This document shows, in pieces, positions 34,724-49,200 of a DNA stretch of 64,000 nucleotides. Where the stretch lies: assembly GCA_002633005.1 (NCBI GenBank), contig NMRA01000036.1:1398923-1462922 (forward strand), given 5' to 3'. Source of the DNA: Phoronis australis (lineage: Eukaryota; Animalia; Phoronida). How positions within the stretch are numbered: position 1 is the first letter of the stretch; each line of letters begins with the position of its first letter. The translations under genes were made by a program, and so were the position numbers. The notes under the pieces were generated by a model. The model did no database searches. It saw nothing but the letters and a program-made list of their open reading frames with translations, and was not told the DNA's origin.

Positions 34724-35792
34724 CACATCAATTATCTTTTTGGTCTCTTCCTCCATTAGAGTGTATGTGGTATACTTGGCGGACCGCCCTGGTGAGTCAG
34801 ACAAGTTCTCCTTCTCCATGAATTCCGCCACCAACTCGAGATGTTGTGACATGTATGCGTCATTGACAACTGGTATTAAATAGGAATTCTGAATGTTGTT
34901 GAATGTTGTTTTCGAAAAAAAACTTGACTTTTCCAAAGTCCATCATTGTCTTCACCGACTGAAACGTGTTTCCAGTGAAGAGCACACCACTGGACATGGT
35001 TAAGTGGACCTCCGGCATACCACGGACAGAGGAACAACTGTCCCACTTGCCAGAGTGTCCCGTGACACACTCCCACTGGATGGTGACCTGAGCACCCAAA
35101 CTGCTTACATTGTGTCGTGTGACTCCCTCGCCACACACCTGGCACCTTCTAAATAGCTCCAACACTTTAGACAAGTCCACAATAAACTTATCAAAGTTTG
35201 GCTCACCGATCTGTTCACTGGACGACGAACTGTCCTCTTCACTGGGTGTCGAACTGGGCCTGTAATCACTCCCACTACTCAATATCGCTGCAGGGCTGCT
35301 TAGAGGCTCTGGGCTGGAGAAAACAGCACAGGGCGAATCACTACTGGTTCCAGGAATTGCACGCTCTGGGGTACGTTCGGAGGCACGGGTGACAGTAGAT
35401 GAAGTGCCTCCACTGGCTCCAGTCACTGTACTGGCCACAGCTCGCGAGGCTTCTCGCTTCAAAAACGCACTTCTCGGGGGTGGCGACGGGGCACTGCCGG
35501 GAATCTACACAGACGGAATGGCATCCTTCTTCAGGCGTTGTTTCGCAGGGACCTTCATCAGTTCAGCATACAAATCCCTTTCGTAACCGGAGGGCAGAAA
35601 GTGCTTATTGCCACACACACGGTAATTCTCCACTGCTTTGTACGTTGCGTGGACGGGTAACGCTGCGTTCTTCACACGAACGAGCCAAGTACGGCGAAGT
35701 GTGTCATCCATCGGAAAGCGATGCAAACGTACTCCCAAAGCGCGCGTGAGCCGATAATTAGTACATTCCGGTACGCAGCAACAGTGTGGCAT
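34718..35792 (-). pseudogene. THAP-domain Kolobok transposase, disrupted and truncated
   Basis: MPHCCCVPECTN..LHRFP...W...VCGNKHF....LKKDAIPSV (THAP), premature TAG at 35505, FIVDLSKVLELFRRCQVC...ECVTGH...W, frameshift, DSPGRSAKYTTYTLM...KIIDVEL. Confidence 0.9.
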
Positions 35793-36929
35793 GTTGACTG
35801 ACTAGTAAATGAAAGCAAACGACGACGGAACTTAACACAACCGAGGTAGAACAATGACTGACTCTGCAGCTCTCACAGTCAGACTATATGAAAAGAAATT
35901 GGCGCGAAATGCTTGCCTCCTAAAACGTCACTTCCGCAGTAGCGGACGAGTAATTAATAAAATTACGAAAAGCTGTAATTAAGTGGAAAATATGTCTAGG
36001 ATAACCGAAAAACCTTATTTTAGCTCAAAATGACATGGAAAAAGGTTGCCTTCGCCTTTAAGAGGACATCGTACCCGGTTCTGGACTATTAACAACGACT
36101 TTTCCGTCCAACTCTTTAAACTAAAATCGTGCTGTCTGTAACCTTTGTCAACCCACTGACGTTTGGAGTAAATTTCAGTGCCAAAAATATACTTCAGTTG
36201 CCACCTGATATAATACTAGGGTTTCACAGAATCTCAAGGCCGGCTACAATCTTTCCTTGAAGTGGAACTTGCACGCTGACTCCTTATCTCTGTAATTGCT
36301 TAATCAAATTTGTTTGAAACACAACATATATACGATGTAAATATGGTTTAAGACTGCCAAATATTCTTAGGAACGAGTTTTGTGTCGAAATTGATCCGAC
36401 GTAAATCAGTATTCAGTAAGTATGGTGACGTGATGTTGGGAATAGCACTGCATAATGGGAGCTATGTGTGCCCCCAAGGTACGCCATTAGTGCAAAGGTT
36501 ACCTATTTGTAGATTTGTTCACATTTACAAGTTGTCAATTAATACAAATGCATTTTGGTTAGCGTAGTTGATGTTCAAACAGCACTGTTGTTTAGTTCCT
36601 GCTATACATTAACTCAGTTAGGTGCATACGAATACATCTTTAAAGATAAGTTCTGCTAATGTGCATTGCCTAAGGTTCACAGCGTTTCACAACGAAAGAG
36701 AAAGTCCCCTTCGACCCGATCTTTTAAAGTCCTAGAAGCACACGTTTTTAACCCTTATTAAATGGTTAGAATAAATTATAAGGAGCCACGCAGTACTTAT
36801 CCCATAACCAATACACAATCCGTAGTCGAAGAAAGTTTACATAAACGCGTCATTCACGATTCAGACCAGAAGAACACACCGCCAATTTGAATCGTATTGC
36901 AGCAAACCTTGGCGAAATTCAGCCAGTTT

Positions 36930-38050
36930 AAAAAGGGGGCACAGCAGTAGTCAGATCTGTCCGAAAGTCGTCGTCATCCGTAGCCAACATCATATAAATA
37001 CACTTGCTAAATTAAGTAAAGATCCTGCGAACGGTTTAGGAGATGTAGCCATAGGCGCAACAAAAACAAAACTGCCACTAGGAGGCGCCACAGTAGTAGA
37101 AATCGTCGGAAAATCATCGTCAATCGTCCTCTAAGTAAGCACATACATGCCAATTTTCACAATCATCCTTTGAGCGGTTTGGTTGATAGAGGGGTGGACG
37201 CAAAAATCAGACTCGAAAACAGTAAACATGGCCATTCAGTGGCGCAAGCTACGTCGAATCCGGCCATCCGAAATCAGGACAGCGTCATCTCACTAATAGG
37301 TTCCTACACTGATACTAAATTTCATGAAAATCCGTTAAGGACTTTTGAAGATCCAAGGTAAACGTAAAAAAAATAAAATTGCCACTAGGGGGCACACCGA
37401 TAGTCGGATCCGTCCAAAAGTCGTCGTCGTCAGTTGTTAACATCATATACTGAAATACACTTGCTAAATTCCATGAAGATCCTGCTAACAGTTTAGGAGA
37501 TAGAGCCATAGAAAAAAAAACAAAAACTGCCACTAGGAGGCGCCACAGTAGTAGAAAATCTTCGTCAACCGTCCTCTTTATGGTAAGCACATACATGCCA
37601 GTTTTCACAATCATCCTTTGGGCGGTTTGGTTGATAGAGGGGTGGACGCAAAAAAAACAGACTCGAAAACAGTAAAAATGGCCACTAGGTGGCGCAAACT
37701 ACGTCGAATCCATCTAAAAACTGGAGGATATCATTAACTTACTAATAGGTGGCTATATACCAAATTTCATGAAAATCCGTTCGGGACTTTTGAAGATACA
37801 AAGGTAAGTGTAAAAACTAAAATTGCCACTACGGGGGCACACTGGTAGTGGGATCCCTCCGAAAGTTCGCTCATGCCGTCCCATTCATGAATGAAACATA
37901 TGTGCCAAATTTCATGAACGTATGTCAAAGGGATTTGGAGATAGAGCAGCGGACGACGGAGGCGCCGGACGGACGCCAGACGGACACCGCCCGGACGGAC
38001 GGACATGACGGCATAATGCGAACACATATAAATATGTGAGCGCATAATAA
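36930..38050 (+). mobile_element. Helentron/pearl-like non-autonomous element, family B (3' part)
   Basis: Internal degenerate tandem units with GCCACTAG(G)GGC and AAATTTCATGAAAATCC, (GGAC)n microsatellite, terminal hairpin ATGCGAACACATAT-AA-ATATGTGAGCGCAT + AATAA. Confidence 0.7.
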
Positions 38051-39230
38051 GCATTTTGAAAATATCCCACCACGATGTATGTATGTCGACCTTTTGGTGC
38101 TCTCGTGGAATTGCAGAACTGCCAAATAAAATTTATACTTATACTTTTGCTGCATTCGTCATGTGACAGGTGAGATAAATCCAGTGGCCCGTTTTGTACA
38201 GTTGAAACTGGGTGTGACTGTCACTCAGGTGCTCCTACAAGCCAGTTTGCGGGACTGTGGGCATTGAAATTTTGTTTATAGATAGACCTTGGGAGTGTGA
38301 ATAAAATTTAAGAAATCTCGCGAATGGGTTTTTTCATGTTTTGTTCTAAACAATGCCCCAATATTGCATATTCAGCATTTTTAAACGAAAGTTTTTTGTG
38401 ACTTCATTACATTTTCAAAGGTTTCAAGAAGAAATAATTAATGAGAATCAAGATTTTAGAGGCCATTAGGCTGCCTGACATATCCATACACTATTTCACC
38501 CATTAAGTTTTCGTAGCTGACCGTTGGTTAGAGGTTACGCAGGCACAGGTGATGACATATTTGCCTCGAGCCAATGTCTAACATTGTCCATGCTCTTCGA
38601 GACAATTTTGGGTGACATAAATAGTAATTCATGTCAAACAATGTTACATTGGTCAAATGGTTTGCAGTCTTTCCCGTCGGTTATTCATGCATCTTCAAAA
38701 TGGCGCCTTCCAAGATCATGTTCTGCAATGTCACGAACGTAAAATCACCCGTCACGAAATTGTGTAAAACACATCAATTCACGACGAGGAGCAANGTATT
38801 TGGGCGTGTCTGGCGGGGGTAACCCACCACTAGATTTGTCTGGCAGTGTTCATTCGTGATACCTGGGCTTACGGTGAATATTTTGCGACTGGTTTCAAGC
38901 GGTTACCTCTTGGATTGATCTAGCTCAATTTTTGTACCCTGTATATGTTCGTCTGGCGGGTACTCCCCACCGCTGAAATTGTCTGGCAGTGACCAATTTT
39001 GATACAATGGATGACGTAGCAGGTATTGAAGGCAGTTTTAAGTGGTTACCAGAAAAGTTGATCTAGGTCAATTTTTTAGTGTAATTCTTTTGGCTCCCCT
39101 GACCACACCCACCAGAGCGAACCTGCCAGACGGCCATTTCCAAGCATCAGGATACCCATAGAGCACTGTGGCACCAAAGAAAATTGGTTACCTTTTCATG
39201 CCCAAAAAAGCTCTGAGATCCCGGTCTATA

Positions 39231-40470
39231 ACTCCATACGTTCCGTTGTCAGAGCTTGTTCACGGCGCCTCTTCATCACTGTATTCCTGTTCGAATTGAT
39301 AGCCTGTGAAACTTAACGTTCCACCTGCTAAGTCTTCGTCGGGTTCGACTGATAAGCTCTCGTCTAAGTCACGCGGGATTGCCGTTGCCATGTTGATGTT
39401 TGTTACTGAGCGTTCTGTTTCAAAATGAATTATTCTCACCCTAACCAATGCTTATATAAAACTTAAAGTCTGCCTCATTAGATGCAATTTGTAATGCCTT
39501 TAAAGTGTTCGTGAATGCAAATGATTTGGGAAGCCAGCAGTGAATAAATCACTGCCTTACCGGATTTAGGTGCAATGAACTTTGACGGGACACCGAGGCC
39601 GTGTTAGCTCATGCTAATTTAAATGTTTGCTAGCAAAAACTGTTGTGAAACAACTCAGTCGATTTCCATCCCACGGCCAGGTGTTTAGGACTCTTTATTT
39701 ACATTTACATTATCAAAATAATGATTGTCAATGTACCGGAGCGTCTGCTCTGACAGTGCTGTGGCCAAAGCTCCCCTCTCGGAATTCGCGGCCCCCCACG
39801 AGTAAGTAGATTTGCAGTTTCGTGGGTAATTCACCAACATAATCACGTGCACATTAGTATTTTCTTGACTGGAAATTTAGTTTCCAACTTTTGCTGGTTA
39901 ATGTTCGTGATGTCTGATCAGTTTCCGAGCCACTGGCCGGCGGGATAACGAGTCAATACGGCCGGCCGGCCGCCGCGCTGCGACGGGCCTGATCGGGCTC
40001 CGTGCCACTCGCCAGGATAACAAGCGTTTTTTGTGTTTAGAACTCAAAAACTCACAAGTCTAAACAACACAGATCTAAGTTCTCCTGCCTGTATCTCACG
40101 GAAAATACTTCGAATTTATCTCCAAACAGACCCAAACTCCTGCTACGGACCTCATTGGCCTGCAGAACTTTGTAGGCTACAGTGTGTCCAAATACCAATA
40201 AATCCGTAACAGCGAAATAAAACAACACGTATTTATAAGAGCAGGGTGCATTTTTAAGGGTTTCACATCGAATTTTGATGATTAAACGATAAATTCAAGC
40301 GATAAGCTGACACCAGTAACCCGTGTTGTGAACTGCTGAACAGACTGCGTCATTGGATAATTTCAACACCCGTCTGCCGTCAGGTAACGCAACCGTATTT
40401 GGCGATATGGAGTAGAACTACTCGATCTAAATTGATACGAATTAGGTTGTTTTTTATGGGGCATGCTCCT
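39231..40470. mobile_element. Kolobok-type non-autonomous element, truncated copy
   Basis: Colinear with ~60797-62525; ends GCATGCTCCT|TTAA; minus-strand relic SFTGYQFEQEYSDEE resembles the KolX GYxFEPEY motif. Confidence 0.8.
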
Positions 40471-42755
40471 TTAATGTGAATGCCCATTGAATTGCCTCTG
40501 CTAAAAATAGAGGTGACATTGTTTTGAAATCATTTTTTTTGAAAGTCAACTTTTCTTCAAGATATGATTATGCATCACGTATTTTTCTGAATTGTAGCAC
40601 GCATAAATTGTGCTTTTGATTCATGTTTTGTAATTAGCTAGTGTCTGCTTTTGGATATATCAAATCAACAATATGACTGTGAAAAATATAACTTGATTTA
40701 CAAAAGTAGGTTATGTTTTGAATGTGAAGCCTACGCGCATCCTTCAACCTCATAGCTTCATACTGATATTATCATGGTTGTCAAATTCTAGTTTACCTGG
40801 AACTGTTAAGGTACTCAGTCGCCATGGTAACAATTATGCATGTTCACTTTCATACTGAACATGATTTTGATTCAGCCTGCATTACTGAAACTATTGTGGA
40901 AAAAGGCTGTTAAGATGGTTTTTATTAACATATAAATTTGTACTGAGATCACTTTGCTAGACATAAGCCTTAGCAACAATGAGTTTGAAACCCCTGCGTC
41001 CAATGCTTTTAAGAGATATCATTTTTCATCTCTTATGGGAGTGTGACAACAAGTGACAATCCAGTTTTGGGTGGAATCGGATAAACAATTAACATCTTAT
41101 AAAAATGACAACAAGTGACAAATTCAGTTTTGGGTGGAGTCCGTTAAACGATTAGCATCCTGTAAAAATGACAAAGCTCCAAATCTCAGATTACAAGAGC
41201 TGAGCATCAGTTAGCAGCCGACAGGTTAGACATATGAACGATTTCCAAAATGCTACAACTGCCCCTGGTGGGGCACCACAAGATACAATCATTCGAAAAC
41301 ATGCATGTAAATAATATTAGGTTTTGGAGGAAAACAAAAATGAAAAATGACGCTAGAGTGCAGCAAGTAAACAACATTTCGATATTAATCAAAAGTCATC
41401 CTGAGGTACAACAGTAGACAGAAAACAATCGTAACAAAATGCTAGATTAATATCGAAACACCTTTTTCAAATGTGCATATGCAATCGTTTTCTCGATGGA
41501 AACGTTTTGGCAAAATTTCTTGAAATTTCACCAGAAGAAATCTAGTCATTGAAACTTCCACCATGGAGCCATCAGTAGTGGAATTATTTGAAAATTGATA
41601 CCAACTGATTTGAGCACCATAGAAACATATTTAATTTTTCAAAAATTGATGAAGCGCCTTGAAGAGGTTTACGAGATACAACTACATACTGCTCACTGTA
41701 TGGACAGTAAAATACATGATGGAAAGTTCTATCTATTGGCTGTTGCTTAAAAAGACAAAAGGCCCATTTTTATTTTCTTTCTCAGACAGCAAATTGATGG
41801 AAAATATTATTGGAAATCACCAGCACCTGCAAACTGCTACCCGGAGCACCTAAAAATTGGCTGAAAATCAAAGACACGAAATTGGGCAAAATTTATAGCA
41901 TTTGAACACTCCACTGAAGGTTCACGGAAACTCCTTTAAAATGCGAAGACTGTTTTCTGATAGAGTGGTTCAGTGTCTACATAAAAAACATAAAGTCTTT
42001 TTCTTTCTTGTTCTTTTAAGTCGTTTTAAAGCAACTTCACTAACTGAGCCTTTTTGAACCAAAATGGGCTATTTTGGCCCAAAATATTAATGATGCTGTG
42101 ACAACTTCAGAAATAATGGCCCAAAAAACTTCAAATTAGCATTTTGAACGTATCACCCAAGGATATACGAACAAGCAATTTTTTTCAAGAACTGAGTCGG
42201 TGACCCTAGAGTCGACCTTTTGGTGTTCTCATGGAATGAAAGTCAAATCCATAACCTATTCATGAGTAGACTACCAGAAAAGGCCAGTCAAAAGACAAAA
42301 AACAACTTTTCAACAAGCAGTCCCCAGGAACACAGAAATGTATAGTATAAAATTGGACTGAACACATTTGAACTGCAGCCAATGCAACCGTCTTTATCGT
42401 ATGTTGATGCCCTTTTTCTTGGAGACAATAGAAAAAAATCTATTAACAGAGCTTGTGAACTTAGGCTAAACTCTTCCATTGTTAGGTCATTCCAACAGTA
42501 AAACCCTGATACTATCCAGCACCTTGCATTGTTATATGCAGAAGGCTATGACTTTAAGAGAAGAACTGCTATCTGTGTAAAATACTCTGAGTATACATTT
42601 GAGTTTATGTATTTTTATGTAGTTATGTATGTGTAGGCAATGTCTACAATGTACAACAACTGACATTGATTGGTTAACATGCTTGTAACGCCAGATGACT
42701 GCATAAAATTATCAATAATCCGAATTTAAAACATACTCAAAGAAAACTGATGAAC

Positions 42756-42967
42756 TTAATAAAAGGAAATGCCAACTCTTTTCTTAGGTGCTCTATCCAC
42801 AAGTTCTTCCCCATGGTGGAACACTGCATTCACATACTGATTAAATAGCCTGAACATAAGGGTATTTCTTCGAGGCCAAATGCCATCCAGGAATCCAATA
42901 TGCCCACCGTGGGAAGTGGCCACAATGGCGACGTGGTCTGATTCAGTGACATCGTCTAGAGGGAGAG
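42756..42967 (-). CDS. ABHD3: ABHD1/ABHD3-family alpha/beta hydrolase, last coding exon
   Basis: TTTTCCACTAG| acceptor; (A)LPLDDVTESDHVAIVATSHGGHIGFLDGIWPRRNTLMFRLFNQYVNAVFHH...FY*; GGHIGFLxGIWP catalytic-His motif. Missed by the ORF track. Confidence 0.93.
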
Positions 42968-44475
42968 CTAGTGGAAAAGAACAGAAATAAGTATTATATA
43001 ATTATGCAGTATGCATTTGACAGAGCCAATGTTACTGAGGTTCATATACAGTTTTAGACTTAGTTTAAAACAGGAACATTATCTATTATGTGCCTTGAGT
43101 TATAAGTGTCCCAATGAGAATCACCATGTTCTTCTAAATCAAACAATCTCAGTATTTCTAAGGAAACAAAGGCTGAACCAAGGTTTCACCAAAACAGCTT
43201 TGAGTGAGTGAATGTTGTTTTGGAGAATCTCAACAATGACAGTGATTTGTTTTCACGCATCGGTGACACTACAGAGGCTCCTTAAAAGATTGTCGGCTTT
43301 GTCACATTTCGTGGGTTATACATCAGAGTGCGAGACAACACCCAGTCAAGATCTGGAACTCCCAATATCTCGGTGAGCACGTTAGTCACGTCATCCGAGT
43401 TTCAGACACCCAGACTGAAGTGATGAAAATCGAACAGCTGAAAAGTAGAGCCCTGCATGCAAATAACTGTCTCATGGGATGGAAAGGTCTCGGGATATAA
43501 AGTGTGAAACGGTTCTTAAACGAGTATCTTTCTGCGCGATGAAATGTGCTTAATCAATGCGTAGTTTTGTTTAATCAACGGTCGGAATTAGCTATTCAAC
43601 GCAATGAATTAGTTCTTAAACAATCATTGTTCTTCTCTTATTCAATGTGCACTTTTGCTTAAACAGCACGTAATCATTAAAATATCAGCAACATTCGAAT
43701 GATACTTAGACATTAGGTACAAGACACTGATACTCAATTTTGTTTTCCCGTATTGGTCAAGCTTGGAATGACTTAGATCTCAAACAAGCAAGAATAATCA
43801 AAGCTGTATTTTGTCTTGTTTAGCAGGCTAAAATGAAAATCACAAGCATTTTGCTCTCATGAAAACGATCTCATAATATTTATTCCTTATCATGATCAAA
43901 TTTGTCTAAATTTACCGAACTCAAATAACATATACATGTATTAGGTGGGCAAATAAGGCATGAATATTTTTTTGAATGATCATTTGAATAGCAAGTTTCC
44001 CGTTAAGCACGCTTTATAAATCACCACACTGCAATATGTCTTGATAAACTTCATTGACATTTTTTCAGGCTTTCGATAAGGTGGTCACAGTTTGACAGGT
44101 AGGCTATATAGCAATGCTGATGTGAGCTTGTGAACACTGCTGTTTCAGGCTGCACATGGGTACTACTCAAGTAATGGAAAATATCAACAGTAGCAGTAAA
44201 CATACAAAACAACAAAATTACAACCCTTGGACGGTTTGGCTACATTAAATAATATGTCTTCAACACTTTTAATTCATGACTGATGTTCAGCCCATTGTAA
44301 GAACACTCTGGTATCTCCAGCGGTACACAAGCAAAAGGCACCACAGGTTACAAAGTTTCGTCTTAAACCCTTCCCACCATGGTCATAAATGCTTGAATTC
44401 AGTTATCAATCAATTTGAATGATATCTTAAGTATTTGTTCTTCAATTTGTGATTTTATGTACACCAAAAATTAAA

Positions 44476-45060
44476 AAAAGAGCAATGCAGAGTGTTGAAA
44501 CGCACCCACGACTGCACCGCAAACGGTGTGCTTCTAAGGGTTTTTATTAGTTTTTATTAGTATCATGAAAAGACCATTAGGCGGCACAGAATACATTGAA
44601 CCCATCCGAAAATGGGAAGGTGTTGACATCTCTCAAAGATATTTGCCAAATTTCAAGATAATCCGTCTAAAAAACACCAAAGATACAAAGGCAAACATAA
44701 AAAACAAAGTGTCATTAGAAACCACAGCAATAATCGAATCCATCTATCTATCTGTTGTAAAGTTAGTAGGAATACAAAAATGCGAAGTTGAAAAAGGGGT
44801 TTAGATGATTCACTTGTAGATGTGAAAACGGTCACTAGGGGGCACCACAGCAGTTGGAACCTTCTGAAAATCCAAGTCAGTCATGCTCTTGTCAGTAGGA
44901 ACACACCTGGCAATTTTCATAATGAACCTCTGCGCGGTTTGGCAGATACAGAAACAGACGACAAAAACACTCAAAAATAGTTAAACAGGTCCCTTAAGTT
45001 GGTGCAGAATACGTCGAATCCATCACAAAATGGAAAGATGCTGTCGTCTTTCACACGAAG
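44476..45060 (+). mobile_element. Family B Helentron/pearl-like element, old 5' fragment
   Basis: AAGAGCAATGCAGAGTGTTGAAACGCACCCAC resembles the 53190 start; contains CACTAGGGGGCAC and ACGTCGAATCCATC units. Confidence 0.55.
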
Positions 45061-48000
45061 AACAATGCTACTAAAACACAGTATGGAACTGTCAATCACT
45101 ATTTTGATTTGACTGAGTTGTTGTTGGCCAAGTACTGTGATATTAGAATGAATCATGTTGCACACTGCATCATTCAACACTCCTCTCAGTGGTAATGTGA
45201 GTCAGAAGCTGATAGAAGCTCATTTTGCAAAGGCTGGTGAATTCATGATCAAGAAAATACGGTAATCTACATTGAGATTTTTTAAAAACTGATGTGGTTA
45301 TAAGGTAGTGTTTAGTTGTCCAATAGAAAAGGCCAACTGAAATGGGTGGGTATCCTTTTCCCAACATAGTGTAAAGTTGGCTGAAATTATTTTCCGGCTG
45401 AAATTATTTTCCAGCTGAAATTGGGTCTCGATCTTTTTTTTTAAAAGGTAAAGAGTTCATTTTCAAAACAGCCCGGGGTCTAATTTTTGTGCTGTAAATT
45501 TTTTATTACAATCTCTTCTTTAAATAAATGAAAGTTTATTATAACTAAAAATGCATGTAAAATCAGTGGCGGATTTTGATGGGGCCAAGAGGGCCATGGT
45601 CCCCCTAACATTCTCCCAGATTCCATTGGCAGTTCGGGGGTGCGAATGTCTGACGGGCAAAATCCTGGCTAATACTCTGCCCTGGCCCCCCTAACTAAAA
45701 ATCCTGGATCTACCCCCGAAAATAATTAGGGACTTAGTCCTTAAATTAAGGATATTGCATGAAAAGATCCCAACTTCTTTTCAATAACACTGAGAATTCA
45801 ATGTAGAATTGACACTCAATTTGTATCAAAGACAAAAATTGACTGTATATACTGGGACTCAAACAGCAGAAGAAAAGACAACCCTTGTTTTCACAAGCCC
45901 ACAAATAGGAAGTAGATTCAGGGAACTTAGTTGAGCCCCTCTTTGGGACTGCTTCATGCAATCGGGCACTGGTACATGTACTTACAGTGTATTTAATGCC
46001 TGGATATGCATCATGTAGGACAGGGCAGGTAGAGTTTATGACCATTGACTTCGTCACATTCACTTCATAACAGGAACTATTGTCAATACATACTAGTAAC
46101 AGACTTGTGTGCCAGTAAAAGTCGAATCCAACATAATTGAGGGATTAACTTGGAGTTGGTTGAAATCTGACTTTTGCTAAAGTATAGCTGTCCAGTACAA
46201 TAACTTTGACCTAGCTAGACGTTTGCCGTTAATGTCACGGTGTGTTTTTACTGCGTGATGGGGATATTTTAAAATAAACAAAACCTTTATTGTTTGAGAT
46301 GGTTACCGTGTCTCAATTTTTTTCTTTCTTTAATGTGAAATAAATGTTTTTGTTGTTCTTATCCTTCTGGATTGCCAATCAGATTGAAGTGTGTGTTTCT
46401 TATTGACAGAAATAAAATCTGCGACTCCACACATCATGATCGGATCCAAGGGGTAAATTGATTGGTGTAAAATTAAAATAGCGAATGCCTTTTTAAAAAT
46501 CTAGATTTGCCGTAATGTCTCACAGTCGTTGTGTTGTTTTGCAATAGAGTCTATGACAAAACGGTTTAAATTTTGAGCCTAATAGTTTCAAATTGTACAA
46601 AATACTAGTTCACCACACAAATATGAATTACTTGTAGATCCTAGGAAAAGTAATACAAGAGTTATAGGAACATAACATATCAATGAGGTAACATTTTCTT
46701 GTGACACCTCGATCAGCACCCCCTACATGCGTTTTATTTGTGCAAAAACATCTGCATCTAGATGTAATTATTTTCCTTCAGGTAAAACCGAAAATTGGGT
46801 CGTGCAAAGACCATGATTTAATGGCGCTATGGAGAGTGGCCCCCTTGACAGCTGATCGTCTTGTCGGTTTATAAACAACTGAAAAATTGGTTCATAATGA
46901 TGAAAAACGTTAATGACTGACTCCCTGTAGTATAAAAGAAATATTTCCAAACTTTATAAAATGTCTACATTTTAGATGCTGGATTGCTGTGCAGTTACAG
47001 ATGGATAAAAATATAACATAGTAAAACTGGTAAAACTAAAACAACGAGTGTTGGTACTAACATGATATCAAAATACTCCCATGTTTTGAGCGATGCGCTT
47101 TTTGTCAAGGGTGTGCTACAGACTGCTGGGTACATGTAGATGGATCTAAAGTAAAATCCCACAGGAGACTACATGGTCACATACAGTAGACAACGTGAAC
47201 AATATGAACAATATCAGACATAACTTACAACTACCAGTGGGGTAGGCCTCATCATGACAACAGAGAGAAAGAGAGAGACACCCAGAGACATACGTAGCTA
47301 CTGTAGTCGATTCACTACAGACTTGTAGTGAGATAGAACCCCTATGTCTCTGTTTAGGCCTCTGGCGTGAGTGTTGAATTTGCTGAAGATAAATTCGGCC
47401 TCGCAATTTCTCTGTGCATAAATGTCCGGCAGCCAGCCTAATTGACTACCGGTACATTACAGTCACTGGTAGTATGGCCTGGGAAGTTGAAATGTTCCCC
47501 AACTCAATGGGGACCGCCCTGTTTTTGAGCAGGATCGTCTGCCTACGGCCGACATGGGGATATTTTAATATATTTTAGTACCGACAGTTGTCATTTCAGT
47601 AATTCTACATTTCAGTGATTGTCTTCTCGACTGAGACAGCAAAACCACCCAGGTCCTAGCAGTGGTCCGTGTGAATTTCAGCCAAAGCATTAGAAATTGT
47701 GTCTGTGAAATGTGTTATATGACTATTTAAGCAATGCGTGGGTCACAAGTTTACATTGCTTTATGTTACCAATATTTTAAAACCTCGTTAGTATTTAAAA
47801 TTTCGAAGTTTATTCTGAAAATTTCCTGGCTTTTCTTTGCATTTCGTTCATCACCAATATGGTGGACCACATGGCACGTGCAGTCTAGCTTGTGAGCAGT
47901 GTCGTGTCGTCTCCATATACATATAGCTCATTCATTGGCTTTTTCTCCACTTATTGGTGGTAGTATGAAACAGGTGAAGTGGTAAATGTGCTTCGCCAAA

Positions 48001-48149
48001 GTGTAAATTTGGGAATTAAAATGAGTGCTGTCCATGGAAATGAAGATATCTTATTAAAGAAGAATGTTGTGGCTATCACGGTAACTACATGAGGACGGTA
48101 GTGCACCCTTGAACTGGGCCTAAATGTGTAACTGTTTTTAGATGGTGGA

Positions 48150-49200
48150 GAAAGCGTATTTCAAAATACCAAAAATCGTCCATTCTGATTTACATTCACA
48201 TTCTCATATCAAGCATATGGAAATCAGATATCAATGTGTCAACATGAGCAATAATTAATCAGTGGGGAACTTGCTGAATGGTTTGTGATGCAGAAACCTA
48301 TACCTCAAGCAGACTCGAGGAAAAATCGACATATTGTCTATGACATTTTACCGCTTTTGGTAGAACCTTAACACAAGCCACGAAATATTTTAATCTTAAC
48401 GTGCAACAAGCATTAAACATAAAAAGTATCAGAATTTCTACCCCAGCCATAATTAATTATTAAAAGTGACAGTTGCGGAACCGTTCCGCATGCGGAACCG
48501 TTCCGCATGGGGAGCGTTTTCCCAAATAGAATGGTTTTGCGGGGTATCTGTTTTGTCCAATGAACTTAAAATGCATTCTATTATCAATGCCACTTGAAAG
48601 TATCAATCTGACAATCCTGACAATAATTAGGTGGTCAATATGACAGTTACGGAACCGTTCCGCAAACAATGGTTTTGTGGAGCTCACATTTTTTTAAATT
48701 GATGCTTGTGAATTAAAGTTGAAATACATTCTATTGTCAATAACTCAAGGACATATCAATGTGTCAACATGAACCATAATTAATCAGTGGGGAACTTGCC
48801 GACTCAGGAAAAATTGACATTTTGATTATGCCATTTAACCGCTCATGGTAGAGTTTAACACAAGCCAGGAAATATTCAAATCTTAATGTGCAAAAAGCAT
48901 AAACATGAATGTATCAGAATTTCTACCCTAACAATAATTATTTAACAAGTGTGAGTTGTGGAACCGTTTCGCATGCGGAACGATTTTCCACACAGAATGG
49001 TTTTGCGGGGGTTTCGTTTTGCCCAATAAAATTAAAATGCATCCCATTCTCAATACCACTTGAAAGTATCAATGTGACAATCCTAACAATAATTAGTTGA
49101 TCAATGTGACTGTTGCGGATTTGTTCGGCAAGCAGAATGGTTCGAAAAACAATGGCTTTGTGGAGCTCATCCTCATTATTATGTTCACATTCGATCATCG
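48150..49200 (+). repeat. Repeat family with GCGGAACCGTTCCGC palindromes and internal ~540-bp duplication
   Basis: Block TAATCAGTGGGGAACTTGC at ~48256 and ~48781; same family occurs inverted at ~51750-52059, 57183-57422 and 58914-59874. Confidence 0.7.

Larger units (their letters stand above)
34114..36057. mobile_element. Kolobok DNA transposon, internally deleted
   Basis: TTAA TSD (34110-34113, 36058-36061); ~150-bp TIRs beginning AGGCGAAGGCAACC; convergent THAP-transposase and KolX genes. Confidence 0.93.

Noticed and set aside
38796-39230. Element end (…GATCCCGGTCTATA) with a ~143-bp internal repeat
   Set aside because: Probably a TE terminus, but no partner end or TSD is visible and an N lies at 38795; cannot classify.
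47137-47547. Possible solo LTR (TGTAG...CTACG)
   Set aside because: Right end is not CA and no TSD is visible.
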